Positions 34,226 to 35,777 of a stretch of DNA of 35,777 bases are shown in pieces. Under the pieces are notes generated by a model, which saw only the letters and a list, made by a program, of their open reading frames with translations, had not been told where the DNA came from and searched no databases. Each line of letters starts with the position of its first letter. Position 1 is the first letter of the stretch. The position numbers and the translations under genes were made by a program. This stretch comes from Macrostomum lignano (Eukaryota), in assembly GCA_002269645.1 (NCBI GenBank), contig NIVC01003741.1:1-35777 (forward strand), in the 5' to 3' direction.

Positions 34226-35283
34226 GGCATTCTTTCGGATGACGATCACCTGAAAAGTGACGATCACCAATGTAAAAGTTCTGGGTAATTGAAATTGAAA
34301 GTAAGAAAGCGAGTCAAACAAATTGTCCAGAAAAAAAAACCCAACATTGGGCTATCAGTCGTGAATCGTGTATTTCGTAGTAACCGCCACGTGTATTAAA
34401 TCAATTTCGGATGGAATGATCGTCTTCCGAAACTACAGCTTGGCAATTCTAGAAAAAAATTAGTGTCTCAAAGTTTAACATCTAGTGAACGTAAGTCAGT
34501 TTCGGAAGACGATCATTTTAATATGAAGGTAGCCCTGAAATGATTGCGTTCCGAAAGTACAGAGTTTTTATTGTCTTAGGAGCAGTAATCATTGAATGAA
34601 GTGGCCCCATTGCACAGCTGCCTCCGCTTCAATGCCGTACATGGCGCGCAGTGAACTGTGGGTTATAATATGGATGCACCCCCTCAGTTTCGGAAGGCGA
34701 TCATTCTTAATGTAATTTGTACATTGTAATGATCGTCAACGCGAAAGTACATGGCTTACCTTTGCGGAGTGTTCAGAAGATAACCAATGCAGTACCAATG
34801 ATGTCCATTGGATTCAGTTTAGAATTCTCGAAAAAAGTTCCCCTTCTAATGGAGACTCTTTTTTCATGTGCTCCAAATGGCGAACCAGCTCCCTTCTTGC
34901 ACCGGAACACGACGCCGTCTGTCGAGCATGCCATAGTGAGTGCTACTGAAATATGAGAAAGAAAAGCTGTAGTTTCGGATCACGATCATTTGTATTCAAA
35001 AGTATCATTGAAATGATCGCATTCCGAAACTGATTATATACACGTCCATGACAGAAATAATGCTATTGATGTTGCTGGTTTTAAATTGGAAAGTTTCTCT
35101 GTTTTTCTGTAGTTTCGGATCGCGATCCTTTCTATTCAAAACTTATATTGAAATGATCGCCTTCCGAACTAATTATATAGTTGCCGTTTTACCATGATTT
35201 CTACAGCACAGTATACCATTTTCATAGGTGATCGTCAACCGAAACTTGTAAGAAACGGAATGATCGTCATCCGAAAGAATGCC
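34226..35283 (-). mobile_element. Merlin-superfamily DNA transposon, non-autonomous deletion derivative of 1058 bp, nested in the mariner
   Basis: Perfect 23-bp TIRs GGCATTCTTTCGGATGACGATCA (34226-34248 and 35261-35283) and an exact 8-bp TSD GAAGATCT (34218-34225 and 35284-35291). GG-initial TIRs with an 8-bp TSD are Merlin hallmarks. Internal peptide DGVVFRCKK...KRVSIRRGTFFENSKL resembles the Merlin/IS1595 N-terminal region. Confidence 0.88.
34590..34945 (-). pseudogene. Spliced remnant of a Merlin transposase (exons 34945-34760 and 34655 to about 34590); no DDE core
   Basis: Polypyrimidine acceptor CTTTTCTTTCTCATATTTCAG at 34946; exon ALTMACSTDGVVFRCKK...SIRRGTFFENSKL..(frameshift)..YLLNTPQ; donor AG|GTAAG at 34759; acceptor CCCACAG at 34656 continues in phase to SLRAMYGIEAEAAVQWGHFIQ*. 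Confidence 0.65.
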
Positions 35284-35777
35284 GAAGATCTTCTGCATGC
35301 CCAAGTTCTCAGTTAGGATGCGATGCACCGTGATGTGGGGGATGTCTAGAAGTTCCTCTCGAGCTCAGCGCAAGTCAGCCTGCTGTCCTCTGTCACCGCA
35401 TCCTCCACACGCTTGGCATTTGCGTCGGTTGTTGCTGTTCTTGGCCTTTCGGAGCGCTCTCTATCTTCCATACACAGCCTCCCTCCCTGGACCTCACGAA
35501 CCCACTTGCGCACTGTCTGAATTGATGGAGCTTCCTCTCTCAAAACATCTCCAAGCTCTGGAATAGCAGTTGCCGATTTTCCAGCCAAAACTCCAAACTT
35601 GATGATGTTCCGAACGCCAAACCGAGTGAACGAAGCTGACGTGGCCATCTTTGCAAAATCTATTTGAATAAGGCGGTGATGCTCTGGCGCTTGTGAGCTT
35701 GACAGCACTCTGAAACTTGTATTCTCCTTTACCATAGACTATAGGTTAGTACATAGCTAGTGTCTCCTGTCCAATGT

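Larger units (their letters stand above)
33390..35777 (-). mobile_element. Mariner (DD34D-type) transposon relic; transposase pseudogene in two pieces (35735-35284 and 34225-33506) split by an insertion
   Basis: N-terminal HTH region (VRNIIKF...PSIQTVRKWVRE...EDRERSERP), reconstructed GMQKIFAKWVPHLL, IVTGDET, FHHDNAPVH, YSSDLA and DFYVFPRMKDSLRGQRF, with several frameshifts and stops. The left end is only tentatively placed at TA|CGAG (33390); the other end is probably outside the window. Confidence 0.9.

Noticed and set aside
34717-34956. 79-aa plus-strand ORF inside the Merlin element
   Set aside because: Antisense to the transposase remnant; no recognisable motif.
34500-35169. Integron attC-like cassette array
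   Set aside because: The palindromes are copies of the element's own TIR core; there is no integrase and no gene cassettes.

Overview
Animal (invertebrate) nuclear DNA; the repeat-laden introns and Ala/Gln/Ser-rich GC-rich exons resemble the flatworm Macrostomum, but that is only an impression. Four spliced genes all lie on the minus strand, in transcription order: G6PD (5 coding exons, intact, 549 aa), a C8orf34-like RIIa/DD-domain gene (5 exons, about 527 aa), a RETREG/FAM134 reticulophagy receptor (3 exons, about 309 aa) and the first coding exon of an SDR16C-like dehydrogenase that runs off the left edge. Each of the 10 introns I could define is mostly one tandem array, with a different unit in each intron; more arrays fill the intergenic spaces. 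Most long ORFs in the ORF track are translation artefacts of these arrays. The right end holds a 4-kb CpG desert, a degenerate MITE-like element and a mariner relic. The mariner is split by a 1058-bp Merlin-family element (perfect 23-bp TIRs, 8-bp TSD, spliced transposase remnant, four regularly spaced internal inverted TIR-core modules). The three left-hand genes carry clustered single-base frameshifts, most likely long-read consensus errors. No rRNA, tRNA or CRISPR features were found.
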